Part shown: piece by piece, positions 26,658-36,076 of the stretch
How positions within the stretch are numbered: the stretch's first letter is position 1
How the letters are laid out: each line of letters opens with the position of its first letter
Assembly: GCA_963811705.1 (NCBI GenBank)
Contig: CAWESL010000015.1
Span: forward strand, 24,757 to 88,756
From: Ignavibacteriota bacterium
GTDB taxonomy: Bacteria; Bacteroidota; Ignavibacteria; UBA10030; UBA6906
Direction: 5' to 3'
Length of the DNA: 64,000 bases
Made by a program: the position numbers and the translations under genes
The notes under the pieces: model-generated
What the model saw: the letters and a program-made list of their open reading frames with translations, nothing else
Database searches by the model: none
What the model was told of the DNA's origin: nothing

Positions 26658-27086
26658 CTACTTCGCGGTCTTTGCGCCGACTGTGAAGTCAAGCTGCTTC
26701 AGCGTATTCCCTCCGGCATCGGAGACGGTGACAGACCATGACCCTGCAATTGCCGCCGTCTTATACGCCCAGGTGTGATACGTCGGGCCGCCGACCTTCA
26801 GGGTGGTGGCATAGCTCTTCTCGCCATTCTTCCATGTTACCGTGATGTCATCAGCGGGGCCCCCCTTCAGCTCGAGCCAGAGATAGACTTTCTGGTTCAG
26901 GTCAAAGGTGGTCGCTTCTCCCGCGAGCTGCCGATTTTCCACGGAGGTCCCGAGTTTCGCCTCGGAAACAGTCAACGTTCCCGCCACTTTTTCCTTCGGC
27001 GCTGATGCCTCTTTTCCCTGGGTCAATGCCGGCTGCGACGCCAGCGCAATTGCGACCACCGCAAATGCCATGATTCTGTGTATCAT
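26658..27086 (-). CDS. Small exported DUF2914-like protein
   Basis: The internal ATG at 27086 follows an AAGGAGG RBS. The signal peptide is MIHRIMAFAVVAIALASQPALTQG. 'KVYLWLELKGGPADDITVTWKNGEKSYATTLKVGGPTYHTWAYKTAAIAGSWSVTVSDAGGNTL' fits the DUF2914 pattern as I recall it. Confidence 0.65.
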   Translation of the reverse strand: MIHRIMAFAVVAIALASQPALTQGKEASAPKEKVAGTLTVSEAKLGTSVENRQLAGEATTFDLNQKVYLWLELKGGPADDITVTWKNGEKSYATTLKVGGPTYHTWAYKTAAIAGSWSVTVSDAGGNTLKQLDFTVGAKTAK

Positions 27087-27246
27087 GATGATCCTCCTTA
27101 ATGACGGTAGGAATGTAGGGATCTTTGGGTTCATGGGAAAGGGGGTCAATACCGCGACAGGAGGTTCGACCAAGCGAATTCGGCGAATCTTTTGTATATT
27201 AAAGATTAGAGTTTTTGACAGCCCTGACCACCAGCCTTAGCAACCC

Positions 27247-30135
27247 ATGAACAATCGCCTTCTGTATCGCATCGTCGGCTTCGGTGTCTTACTCTTGTCG
27301 CTCGCTCAGTATATTTCCACGGTCCAGCCTTCCGTTTCGTTCTGGGACCCGGGCGAGCTTTCCGCCGCGGCATACCTTCTCCAGGTACCGCATCCGCCGG
27401 GTGGACCGTTGTTCTTGCTCGTGGGACGGTTCTTCTACCTCCTTCCATTCCCGGGGAATCTCGGGTTGCGGATGAACATGGTGTCGACCTTCTCCGCGGC
27501 CTTTTCCGTGTTCTTCCTGTATCTCGTCGCCGTGAAGCTGATCAAACTGTACAAGGGTGGATCGTTCAGGAACCCGATGGACGAAGTCGGCACGATTGTC
27601 GCGGCGGCGATCGGCGCGCTTTCGTTGTCCGTGTGCGACACCTTCTGGTTCAGCGCCGTGGAGGCGAACTACTTTTCGGCAAGCACGCTACTCTACTCCG
27701 CCATGATATGGCTGATGCTCGTCTGGGATGAGAATCAGGCGAAACCCGGGAGCGGACGGTACCTGTTGATGATCGCCTTTCTCGCCGGGCTCTCCCCCGG
27801 GGTCCATCTGATGAGCGTGGTTGCCGTCATGCCCGTGGTCATGATGGTGGCGTTCCGGTGGAGCAATGCCGAAGAAGGCGCCTGCAAGAAGTCGGCATAC
27901 GTGTTCCTCGGCCACGTGGCCCTGCTCCTGATCACCGCGCTGGTCATGTGGAATGCCCAGACATCCTCGACCCCTCCCGATGCCGATGCGGCACATGCTT
28001 ATGATGTCCAGTTCATCTGGATCATGCTCGGCATCAGCGCGGCGTACGTTGCGTTGTTCCGGCGGCATGTGTTCACGCGGAATTCCTTTTATCTCCCGGT
28101 TGTTGCCGGCGGCATCGGGCTCGCCCTTGTGTACCCCGGCGTCGTCAAAGAGTTGCCCGCGTTCCTTCGATTGGTGGCCGACGACAACGCCGAAATCGGA
28201 TTGGTGGTGGTCATTCTGATCGTGGCGGTTCTCGGCTGGGTTGCGTACTGGGCGGCCAAGAACCTTCGACGGACCCTTCACCTCGCCTCGCTGTCCGTCA
28301 TGCTGGCCATCCTGGGATTCTCGATCTATGCGATGATCATCATTCGCGCGAACCATCATCCGCCGATGAACGAAAATTCTCCGGGGACCTTCAGTTCGCT
28401 GCTCACGTATCTCAACCGCGAGCAGTACGGTGACTTCCCGATCTTCAAGCGCCGCTGGAACGGGGACGGGATGCACGATCCCACGTTCAAGGATTATTCC
28501 AGCGATCTCGATTTCTTTGTCCGGTACCAGATGAACCACATGTATCACCGGTATCTGCTGTTCAATTTTATGGGGAGAGTGTCCGACGATCAGGATGCGA
28601 GCGCAGACTTCTCCGGCTACTTTGCGATCCCGCTGCTCATCGCGGTCTTCGGTCTTTACTCCCATTTCAAAAACGACTGGAAGCGCGCGTCCATCTTTCT
28701 TATTCTCTTCGTGCTGATGGGGCACATGATCGCCTTCTACCAGAATCAGCAGGAACCGCAGCCGCGCGAGAGGGATTACTTCTACGCGGGGGCGTATTTT
28801 GTCGTCTCGCTCTGGATCGCGCTCGGGATGAAAGGGATCTTTGACCTGATCGAGCAGAAGGCTGCCGGCATGGCCAAGCCGGCGATGATCGGAGCGGCCG
28901 TCCTCGGGTTCGTGTTCATCCCCGGACGGATGTTCCAGGTCAATTATCCGACGCATGACCGGTCGAACAATTGGGTTCCCTGGGATCTTGCGTACAACAT
29001 GCTCCAGACATGCGACAAGGACGCCATCCTCTTTACGTACGGCGATAATGATACTTTTCCGCTCTGGTATCTCCAGGATGTGGAAGGGGTGCGGCGCGAT
29101 GTCCGGGTTGTCAATCTGAGCCTCGGCAATACCCCCTGGTACATCCAGCAAATGAAAGACAAGCCGTACTACGCTGATGCGAAGGCGGTTCCGATCAGCA
29201 TGTCCGACAAGCGCATTCAAACGCTGGGCGGCCTGGAGCCCTGGCGGGCCCGGACGATCGACCTGCCGGTGCCGCAAAGTGTCTTCGCCCAGTACGGAGT
29301 GACCGATACGTCGATCACGAATCGGGGGAAAATCTCCTGGGTGATGCGTCCCCCGCTGCAATTCGGACAGACGGGAGCAGTGCGGACGCAGGACCTTCTC
29401 GTCCTCGATGTCATTCAATCGACCCGTTGGACGCGGCCGATCTATTTCGCGTCGACGTGCGACCCCAACAGCAGAATCAGCATCGATGAGTATCTCTGGT
29501 TCGAAGGCATGGCCTGGAAACTTGAGCCGAAGAAGTCGTCCTCCGCGAACATGGGGACCAACGCCGCCAAACTGGACTCCGAGCTGTTCAACGAGCCGCA
29601 AGGGTTCTCGAAGACACCGGCCATCGGGTATAAGTTCCGTGGACTCGCGGATCCGAAGGTATTCCTCGACGAGAACGCCCTGCGGATGGTGCAGAACTAC
29701 CGGTCGTCCTTCCTCCAGCTCGCGATGTACTACGCGGGCGTCGGCAACAACAGCGAGCGCGGTGCCACCGTCCTCGACAGGATGCAGCATCTCATGCCGC
29801 TGACAAAGTATCCTCTTCCCTTCGAGATGCTGGCGCAGATGACGTTCCTCTACAATCACTTCGGGAAGACGCAGGAGTTTCACCAGCTTGCCGACGAAGT
29901 CGAGCGAATGGCGCGGGCGAGAATTCAGTCAGGACAGGTGGACATGAATTCGATGTACAACCCGTACTCCATCCTCCTGCAGCTGTACGACAGCGAGAAG
30001 GACAACGTGAAGACGCTGGGCTTGCTCCACGAGCTTGAAGTCCTCTATCCGAACGATCCCTCGCTGAAGGCACGCGTGCAAGAAGTCGAGGCACAGGTAA
30101 AGGCGCGAGACAGTCTCGCGAAGGGCAAGGAGTAG
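27247..30135 (+). CDS. DUF2723 polytopic membrane protein (putative glycosyltransferase fold) with a C-terminal helical/TPR-like region
   Basis: The ORF is 962 aa. The N-terminus 'YISTVQPSVSFWDPGELSAAAYLLQVPHPPGGPLF' is the DUF2723 signature. More than 10 TM helices are present. Confidence 0.85.
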   Translation: MNNRLLYRIVGFGVLLLSLAQYISTVQPSVSFWDPGELSAAAYLLQVPHPPGGPLFLLVGRFFYLLPFPGNLGLRMNMVSTFSAAFSVFFLYLVAVKLIKLYKGGSFRNPMDEVGTIVAAAIGALSLSVCDTFWFSAVEANYFSASTLLYSAMIWLMLVWDENQAKPGSGRYLLMIAFLAGLSPGVHLMSVVAVMPVVMMVAFRWSNAEEGACKKSAYVFLGHVALLLITALVMWNAQTSSTPPDADAAHAYDVQFIWIMLGISAAYVALFRRHVFTRNSFYLPVVAGGIGLALVYPGVVKELPAFLRLVADDNAEIGLVVVILIVAVLGWVAYWAAKNLRRTLHLASLSVMLAILGFSIYAMIIIRANHHPPMNENSPGTFSSLLTYLNREQYGDFPIFKRRWNGDGMHDPTFKDYSSDLDFFVRYQMNHMYHRYLLFNFMGRVSDDQDASADFSGYFAIPLLIAVFGLYSHFKNDWKRASIFLILFVLMGHMIAFYQNQQEPQPRERDYFYAGAYFVVSLWIALGMKGIFDLIEQKAAGMAKPAMIGAAVLGFVFIPGRMFQVNYPTHDRSNNWVPWDLAYNMLQTCDKDAILFTYGDNDTFPLWYLQDVEGVRRDVRVVNLSLGNTPWYIQQMKDKPYYADAKAVPISMSDKRIQTLGGLEPWRARTIDLPVPQSVFAQYGVTDTSITNRGKISWVMRPPLQFGQTGAVRTQDLLVLDVIQSTRWTRPIYFASTCDPNSRISIDEYLWFEGMAWKLEPKKSSSANMGTNAAKLDSELFNEPQGFSKTPAIGYKFRGLADPKVFLDENALRMVQNYRSSFLQLAMYYAGVGNNSERGATVLDRMQHLMPLTKYPLPFEMLAQMTFLYNHFGKTQEFHQLADEVERMARARIQSGQVDMNSMYNPYSILLQLYDSEKDNVKTLGLLHELEVLYPNDPSLKARVQEVEAQVKARDSLAKGKE

Positions 30136-30221
30136 GACGACCGTCCTTCTCCTCCGAGGCGCTCGGGCGAACAGTGTTGGGGGGCACGTGTGGGGTGGGG
30201 AAGAGTTCCATGAATGATCCC

Positions 30222-30256
30222 AAGCTCCGGGGTGCGCCGCTCCCCGGAGCTTTTTC
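30222..30256 (+). terminator. Intrinsic terminator after the DUF2723 gene
   Basis: The 11-bp stem AAGCTCCGGGG (30222-30232) pairs with the CCCCGGAGCTT arm in 30241-30252 and is followed by TTT. It separates the DUF2723 gene from the Bat operon. Confidence 0.75.
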
Positions 30257-30439
30257 TTGGAATGAATGTAAACGGAGGGCCCGCGGGAATTGTCCAATAG
30301 ATCCTGTGGAGACCGCCAGGGCTCTGTGGGCGGTATGCGATACCGGTTGCGATTACCGGCGGGGAGTGGAAATTGATTTTCCCTCGCTGCCTTGCTACAT
30401 TATAAATTCTGGTTTTTGCCGCAAATTCTCGGAGGGTGA

Positions 30440-31429
30440 ATGACGTACGACATCAGGGCAATCAATGAGAAGATCCAACGCGAAAGCGCGTTCATCGATT
30501 TGCTCCAACTGGAAATGGGGAAGGTGATCGTCGGGCAGAAGCAAATGGTCGAGCGCCTCCTCGTTGGTCTGCTTGCGAACGGGCATATCCTTCTCGAAGG
30601 GGTCCCCGGACTTGCCAAGACGCTCGCGATCAAGACCCTTGCCTCCGCGGTGCAGGCGAAGTTCCACCGCATCCAGTTCACCCCCGATCTTCTCCCCGCC
30701 GACCTCGTCGGCACGATGATTTACAATCAGAAAGACGGGTCCTTTCAAACAAAGAAGGGACCGGTGTTCGCGAACTTCATCCTCGCCGACGAAATCAACC
30801 GTTCCCCGGCGAAAGTCCAGAGCGCACTCCTCGAAGCCATGCAGGAACGACAAGTCACGATCGGGGAAGAAACCTTCAAGCTCCCCGAACCGTTCCTGGT
30901 CCTTGCCACACAGAACCCGATCGAGCAGGAAGGGACCTATCCGCTGCCCGAGGCCCAGGTCGACCGGTTCATGCTGAAGGTGAAAATCGGCTATCCCACC
31001 AAGGAAGAAGAGCTCCAGATCATGCGGGCGAACGTCAAGGACGGGATGGCGACGGTCCGCGGCGTCGTGAGCAGTGCGGATATTCTGCGGGCGCGGTCGG
31101 TCATCAGTGAGATTTACATGGACGAGAAGATCGAGCGCTATATCCTCGACATCGTGTTCGCCACGCGGGTACCCAAGCAGTATAATCTCAACAACCTCGC
31201 GTCGTTGATCAGTTATGGCGCCTCTCCCCGTGCGTCGATCAACCTCGCGCTCGGCGCGAAAGCCTACGCGTTCATCAAGCGCCGCGGGTACGTCGTGCCG
31301 GAGGACGTCCGCGCGATCAGTCTGGATGTGCTGCGTCATCGCGTGGCCGTGACCTACGAAGCCGAAGCGGAGGAAGTCACGGCGGAGCAGGTGGTCCAGG
31401 AGGTGCTGAACAAGATTGAAGTGCCGTGA
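30440..31429 (+). CDS. MoxR-family AAA+ ATPase (first gene of the Bat operon)
   Basis: GGAGGG RBS is present. Walker A-like 'LLEGVPGLAKT', Walker B 'ILADEINR' and 'VLATQNPIEQEGTYPLPEAQVDRF' are present. The ORF is 329 aa. Confidence 0.95.
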   Translation: MTYDIRAINEKIQRESAFIDLLQLEMGKVIVGQKQMVERLLVGLLANGHILLEGVPGLAKTLAIKTLASAVQAKFHRIQFTPDLLPADLVGTMIYNQKDGSFQTKKGPVFANFILADEINRSPAKVQSALLEAMQERQVTIGEETFKLPEPFLVLATQNPIEQEGTYPLPEAQVDRFMLKVKIGYPTKEEELQIMRANVKDGMATVRGVVSSADILRARSVISEIYMDEKIERYILDIVFATRVPKQYNLNNLASLISYGASPRASINLALGAKAYAFIKRRGYVVPEDVRAISLDVLRHRVAVTYEAEAEEVTAEQVVQEVLNKIEVP

Positions 31430-31498
31430 TGGCATACATCCCAATCGACAATAGTCAGTGGACAATTAGCGTCCTACTCCTAGCCGAATGACGAAGTA

Positions 31499-32374
31499 AT
31501 GGAAACGCGCGAAGTTCTCAAAAAAGTCCGGCAGATCGAAATCAAGACCCGGGGTCTGGTCAATCAGATCTTCTCGGGTGAGTATCACTCCGTCTTCAAG
31601 GGGCGGGGGATGGAGTTCTCCGAGGTGCGCGAGTATCAGTTCGGTGACGATATCCGGCAGATCGACTGGAACGTTTCCGCACGGTTCGACCGCCCGTTCG
31701 TGAAAGTGTTTGAAGAAGAGCGTGAGCTCACCGTGATGCTGCTCGTGGACCTGAGTGCGTCGGGCGACTTTGGCTCCGCGACGCAGCTGAAGAACGAAAT
31801 TGCTGCGGAGATCTGCGCCGTGCTCGCCTTCTCGGCGATCAAGAACAATGACAAGGTCGGGCTGATCATGTTCACCGACCGGATCGAGAAGTTTGTCCCT
31901 CCCAAGAAGGGGCGCGCACACATTCTCCGGATCATCCGCGAGCTGCTCTCGCCGTCCGTCGGGGGAACCGGCACAAGCATCCGCGGCGCGCTCGAGTATT
32001 TCAATCATGTCAGCAAGAAACGGACGATCGCGTTTCTGATCTCCGACTTCATCGACGAAGGGTACGACAAGATCCTCGGGATTGTCGCGAGGAAGCACGA
32101 CGTGATCGCCGTGCAGGTCAGCGACCCCCGCGAAGAGACGCTCCCGGAAGTGGGGATGGTCTTTGTCCGCGATGCGGAATCGGGCCGTCATCGCTGGGTG
32201 GACTCGGGTCATCGTGCGACGCGGAACGCCTTCAAGAAATACTGGGAAGAGCGCCGCGCCGCGCAAAAGACCCTGTTCGTCCGTTCCCGGGTCGATGCCA
32301 TCCCCATTCGAGTCGACCGGCCATACATCAAACCGATCGTGGATTTCTTCCGACTACGCGAAAAACGAATGTGA
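31499..32374 (+). CDS. DUF58 protein (MoxR-associated, VWA-like)
   Basis: 'GEYHSVFKGRGMEFSEVREYQFGDDIRQIDWNVSAR' is the DUF58 signature. The ORF is 291 aa. Confidence 0.9.
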   Translation: METREVLKKVRQIEIKTRGLVNQIFSGEYHSVFKGRGMEFSEVREYQFGDDIRQIDWNVSARFDRPFVKVFEEERELTVMLLVDLSASGDFGSATQLKNEIAAEICAVLAFSAIKNNDKVGLIMFTDRIEKFVPPKKGRAHILRIIRELLSPSVGGTGTSIRGALEYFNHVSKKRTIAFLISDFIDEGYDKILGIVARKHDVIAVQVSDPREETLPEVGMVFVRDAESGRHRWVDSGHRATRNAFKKYWEERRAAQKTLFVRSRVDAIPIRVDRPYIKPIVDFFRLREKRM

Positions 32375-33324
32375 TGGCTCAACGCATTTTCGGCGTTCTT
32401 ACGGCGTTCGTCGTCTCGGCTACGGCGCTCGCGCAAGGCTCGGGCGTGACTGCCCATGCCTGGGTGGACTCGACGAACTTTCAGGTCGGCGACGCAATCA
32501 CCATCCACGTGATCGTTTCGCATCCACGCGGCGTCGCCATCCAGCCCCCGGCCGGAGACTCCCTCGGACCGCTGGTCGTCCTCCAGCATACGCCCGTCAC
32601 GCATCAGAACGATTCGACGGCGATGACAGGTCTGGTGGTCGCCTATTACGATTCCGGGAGTGTGACCGTCCCGCCCGTGCTTGTCCCGTATGCCGTGCCG
32701 GGAGATACGACCGGACGCTTTGCACCGACGAACCCGTTGACGATTGCCGTCCATACCGTGGCGGTCGACACGAGCAAAGCGTTCAGGGACCTGAAGCCGC
32801 CGATGTCGATACCGATCACGCTTGCCGAGATCGCGCTGTACGCGGGGATCGCGATTGTCGCGGCCGCCCTGGCGTATCTGGCCTACCGCTACTGGAAGAA
32901 ACGCAAAGAACGGCTCGCAGGCATCCAGCCGGAATTGCCCGCACGGCCTGCCGACATCCTTGCGCTCGAGGAACTCGGCGCGCTGAAGGAGAAGAAACTC
33001 TGGCAGCAGGGGAAGGTCAAGGAGTATTATTCCGAAGCGACGGAAATCATCCGGCGGTATTTCGAACGGCGATACGCCGTCAGGGCGCTGGAAGAAACCA
33101 CGGATGAAATTCTTGGCGCGCTCAAGGGCGTCTCCGCTCCCCCGAAAGCCCTGGAATGTGCCATGAAGATGCTGCAACTGGCGGACCTCGTCAAGTTCGC
33201 GAAGTTCACGCCGGGCATCCCCGACCACGAAGAGTTGATGACGCTCGCGTACGATATTATCGAACATACGAAACCGGTGATCATGTCGCCGGTGGTCAAC
33301 ACCGATGCCAATGCTGGGTCCTAA
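32371..33324 (+). CDS. Bat-operon membrane protein: BatD-like N-terminal exported domain, one TM, DUF4381-like C-terminal domain
   Basis: It overlaps the DUF58 stop (GTG 32371 or ATG 32374). A signal peptide is present. The central TM is 'IALYAGIAIVAAALAYLAYRYW'. The C-terminal helical domain ends in '...LQLADLVKFAKFTP'. Confidence 0.75.
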   Translation: MMAQRIFGVLTAFVVSATALAQGSGVTAHAWVDSTNFQVGDAITIHVIVSHPRGVAIQPPAGDSLGPLVVLQHTPVTHQNDSTAMTGLVVAYYDSGSVTVPPVLVPYAVPGDTTGRFAPTNPLTIAVHTVAVDTSKAFRDLKPPMSIPITLAEIALYAGIAIVAAALAYLAYRYWKKRKERLAGIQPELPARPADILALEELGALKEKKLWQQGKVKEYYSEATEIIRRYFERRYAVRALEETTDEILGALKGVSAPPKALECAMKMLQLADLVKFAKFTPGIPDHEELMTLAYDIIEHTKPVIMSPVVNTDANAGS

Positions 33325-34309
33325 CGTTCATTTCGCGAGTCCGTCCTTCCTGTACGGATTGCTGCTCATCCCGCTCCTCATCGCCTGGTACATGCGGCGA
33401 AACCAGGAGGACGTGGCGGATCTCCGCTACTCCACCCTCAGCCCGTTCGCGGGTCTCCGGCCGACGCTGAAAGAGCGCCTTCACCATCTGCCGTTCATTC
33501 TTCGCCTCGGCGTCATCATCTTCCTGATCGTGGCCCTTGCCCGTCCGCAAACGTCGTCGTCAGCGGAAAACGTCTACACCGAGGGGATTGATATCGTCCT
33601 CCTGCTCGACATTTCGGGGAGCATGCTCGCGGAAGACTTCACCCCGAACCGGATCGAAGCGGCAAAACAGGTGGCGCAGGACTTTATCGACGGCCGGCAG
33701 CACGACCGGATCGGCCTTGTGATCTTCGCGGGACAGAGCTTCACGCAGTGCCCGATGACGCTGGACTACCACGTGTTGAAGAACCTGCTCCGCCAGGTGA
33801 AGCCGGGCATGGTCGAGGACGGCACCGCCATCGGGATGGCGATCGCGCAGGGGGTGAACCGCCTCAAGGACAGCAAAGCCAAAAGCAAGGTCATGATTCT
33901 CCTGACCGACGGTGTCAACAACCGCGGGGAGATCGATCCGATCACGGCAGCCCAGATCGCGCAGACGTTCGGCATCCGGATCTATACCATCGGCGTCGGG
34001 ACGATCGGCGAAGCGCCGTATCCCGTGCAAACGCCGTTCGGCATCCGGTACCAGAATATGCAGGTGGACGTCGACGAGAAGACCCTGCAGCAGATCGCTA
34101 CCATGACGGACGGGGAATACTTCCGGGCGACGAACAACCGGACCCTGCGGCAGATCTACAACGAGATCGACAAGTTGGAGAAGACCAGGATTGAAGTCCG
34201 CCAGTACCGCTCGTATACCGAGTTGTTTCCCTTCTGGGCCGGGTTGGGCCTGATCCTGGCCGTGGCGGAGTTTTCCGTTCGCGGGACACTGCTCCGGAAG
34301 ATACCATAG
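33305..34309 (+). CDS. batA: VWA-domain membrane protein BatA
   Basis: An N-terminal TM pair is followed by a VWA domain with MIDAS 'DISGSM'. 'ILLTDGVNNRGEIDP' and a C-terminal TM are present. The ORF is 334 aa. Confidence 0.9.
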   Translation: MPMLGPNVHFASPSFLYGLLLIPLLIAWYMRRNQEDVADLRYSTLSPFAGLRPTLKERLHHLPFILRLGVIIFLIVALARPQTSSSAENVYTEGIDIVLLLDISGSMLAEDFTPNRIEAAKQVAQDFIDGRQHDRIGLVIFAGQSFTQCPMTLDYHVLKNLLRQVKPGMVEDGTAIGMAIAQGVNRLKDSKAKSKVMILLTDGVNNRGEIDPITAAQIAQTFGIRIYTIGVGTIGEAPYPVQTPFGIRYQNMQVDVDEKTLQQIATMTDGEYFRATNNRTLRQIYNEIDKLEKTRIEVRQYRSYTELFPFWAGLGLILAVAEFSVRGTLLRKIP

Positions 34310-34313
34310 ACCG

Positions 34314-35366
34314 ATGATCCGATTCGCACATCCTGAATATCTTTACCTGATGGGGCTCGTCCCGGTCATGATCGCGGCATTCTGGTTGTTCAGCAGGATG
34401 CGCGTGGCGGCAAGCAAGCGGTTCGGCACGGCGACGATCTTCGAACGGCTCGCAGAACGGACCAGCGGCGTCCGGAGGACGGTGAAATTCGTTCTCCTGG
34501 CCGGCGCGGTCGCCCTGGTCTCCATCGGCCTCGCCAACCCGCAAATCGGAACGCGGCTTGAAGAGGTGAAACAGGAAGGGGTGGACATCTACATCGCACT
34601 TGACGTCTCCCTGAGCATGAAAGCGGAGGACATCAAGCCGAACCGCCTGGAAAAAGCGAAGCTCGAGCTCCGCAATCTGATCGGGCGTCTTGCGGGCGAC
34701 AGGGTCGGACTCGTCGTGTTCGCGGGCGAAGCGTTCACGCAATTTCCCCTGACCACGGATTACAGCGCCGCAAACATGTTTGTCGATATCATCGATGTGA
34801 ACAGCGTTCCTGTCCCGGGGACCGCGATCGGCGACGCCATTGAACGCGCCCTCGAGTCGTATGACTTCAAGGACCCGACGACGAAAGTCCTCGTGATCAT
34901 GACCGACGGCGAAAACACGGAAGGCGACGCCATCGAGGCTGCGCAGGAGGCGGCGAAGAAAGGGGTGCTGATCTACACGATCGGGCTCGGTTCGCCGACG
35001 GGCGCCCCGATTCCCGTGTACAACAGTGCGGGGCAGCAGATCGACTTCAAGCGCGACCGAAGCGGCAACGTGGTTGTCACCAAACTCGACGAAGCGGGAT
35101 TGGAACATATTGCGGAGATCGGACACGGGAAGTACTTCCGCGGAACGAATTCCCAGGACGAGCTCGATGAGATCTACAAGAGCATCAACGCGCTTCAGAA
35201 ACGCGAGTTCGGCGTGAAGCAGTTCACCGATTACGAGTCGCGCTACCAGTGGTTTCTCTTTCCGGCGATCCTGCTGCTGGTGATCGAAGTGCTGGTGTCG
35301 GAGAAAGCGGCGCTCTGGCTTCGTCGCTGGAACCCGCTGCGGAGAGAAGAGGAGGAAGCGACATGA
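34314..35366 (+). CDS. batB: VWA-domain membrane protein BatB
   Basis: The VWA MIDAS is 'DVSLSM'. 'IMTDGENTEGDAIEAA' and a C-terminal TM are present. The ORF is 350 aa. Confidence 0.9.
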   Translation: MIRFAHPEYLYLMGLVPVMIAAFWLFSRMRVAASKRFGTATIFERLAERTSGVRRTVKFVLLAGAVALVSIGLANPQIGTRLEEVKQEGVDIYIALDVSLSMKAEDIKPNRLEKAKLELRNLIGRLAGDRVGLVVFAGEAFTQFPLTTDYSAANMFVDIIDVNSVPVPGTAIGDAIERALESYDFKDPTTKVLVIMTDGENTEGDAIEAAQEAAKKGVLIYTIGLGSPTGAPIPVYNSAGQQIDFKRDRSGNVVVTKLDEAGLEHIAEIGHGKYFRGTNSQDELDEIYKSINALQKREFGVKQFTDYESRYQWFLFPAILLLVIEVLVSEKAALWLRRWNPLRREEEEAT

Positions 35367-36073
35367 CCCGAAGCATCGTCATCGCGCTGTGCGTCTTTAC
35401 GGCGCAACTCGGATTTGCACAGTCGGTCCGATCGCTCGTCAACGGCGGGAACGATCTGTACCACGAGAAGAAATTCTCCGATGCCGAGGTGAACTACCGC
35501 AAGGCCCTTCAGCAAGAGAAGGACCTGGTCCAGGGACACTTCAACCTCGGCAATGCCCTGGCAAAGCAGGGGAAAAATGAGGAGGCGGCCAGGGAGTTTT
35601 CCGCGGCCGCCGAGAAATCGCAGCTCCGGGAGACGAAGGAGTCCGCGTACTACAATATCGGGAATACGCAGATGGCCGCCCAACAATATGGCGACGCCAT
35701 CCGCTCCTATGTCGAAGCCCTCAAGATCGATCCGAAGGACGAAGAGGCGAAATACAATCTCTCGTATGCCCTCGAGAAACTCCGGCAACAGCAACAACAG
35801 CAAAAGCAAAACCAGCAGAACAAGCCGAACAAGGACGAAAAAGACAAGAATAAGCAGAAGAACCAGGATCAGAACAAGGACCAGAACAAGCAAAAAAACG
35901 ACCAGAAACAGCAGCCGAAGGATCAACAGGCGAACCGTCAGCAGCAGGAAAAGCGCATGTCGAAATCGGACGCCGAGCGGATCCTCGACGTACTCCGGAA
36001 TAGTGAAAAGGACGTTCAGAAAAAACTGCATACCCGCCCGGCCGAGCGGCCGACGACGGACAAGGATTGGTAA
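35363..36073 (+). CDS. batC: TPR protein BatC with a Q/N/K/D-rich low-complexity tail
   Basis: ATG at 35363 forms an ATGA overlap with batB. The signal peptide is MTRSIVIALCVFTAQLGFAQ. TPR units such as 'HFNLGNALAKQGKNEEA' and 'YYNIGNTQMAAQQYGDAIRSYVEALKIDP' are present, followed by a ~57-aa QQQQQQKQNQQNKPNKDEK... tract. Confidence 0.85.
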   Translation: MTRSIVIALCVFTAQLGFAQSVRSLVNGGNDLYHEKKFSDAEVNYRKALQQEKDLVQGHFNLGNALAKQGKNEEAAREFSAAAEKSQLRETKESAYYNIGNTQMAAQQYGDAIRSYVEALKIDPKDEEAKYNLSYALEKLRQQQQQQKQNQQNKPNKDEKDKNKQKNQDQNKDQNKQKNDQKQQPKDQQANRQQQEKRMSKSDAERILDVLRNSEKDVQKKLHTRPAERPTTDKDW

Positions 36074-36076
36074 CGC

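Noticed and set aside
27688-29883. 731-aa minus-strand ORF opposite the DUF2723 gene. Similar long antisense ORFs occur at 36218-37762, 39522-40949, 40953-41954, 30395-31465, 34098-35126, 11557-12546, 20960-22069 and 55370-57286.
   Set aside because: Each lies opposite a gene with strong motif support, has arginine/proline/glycine-biased composition, and lacks RBS-supported starts. These are GC-driven artefacts of six-frame translation.
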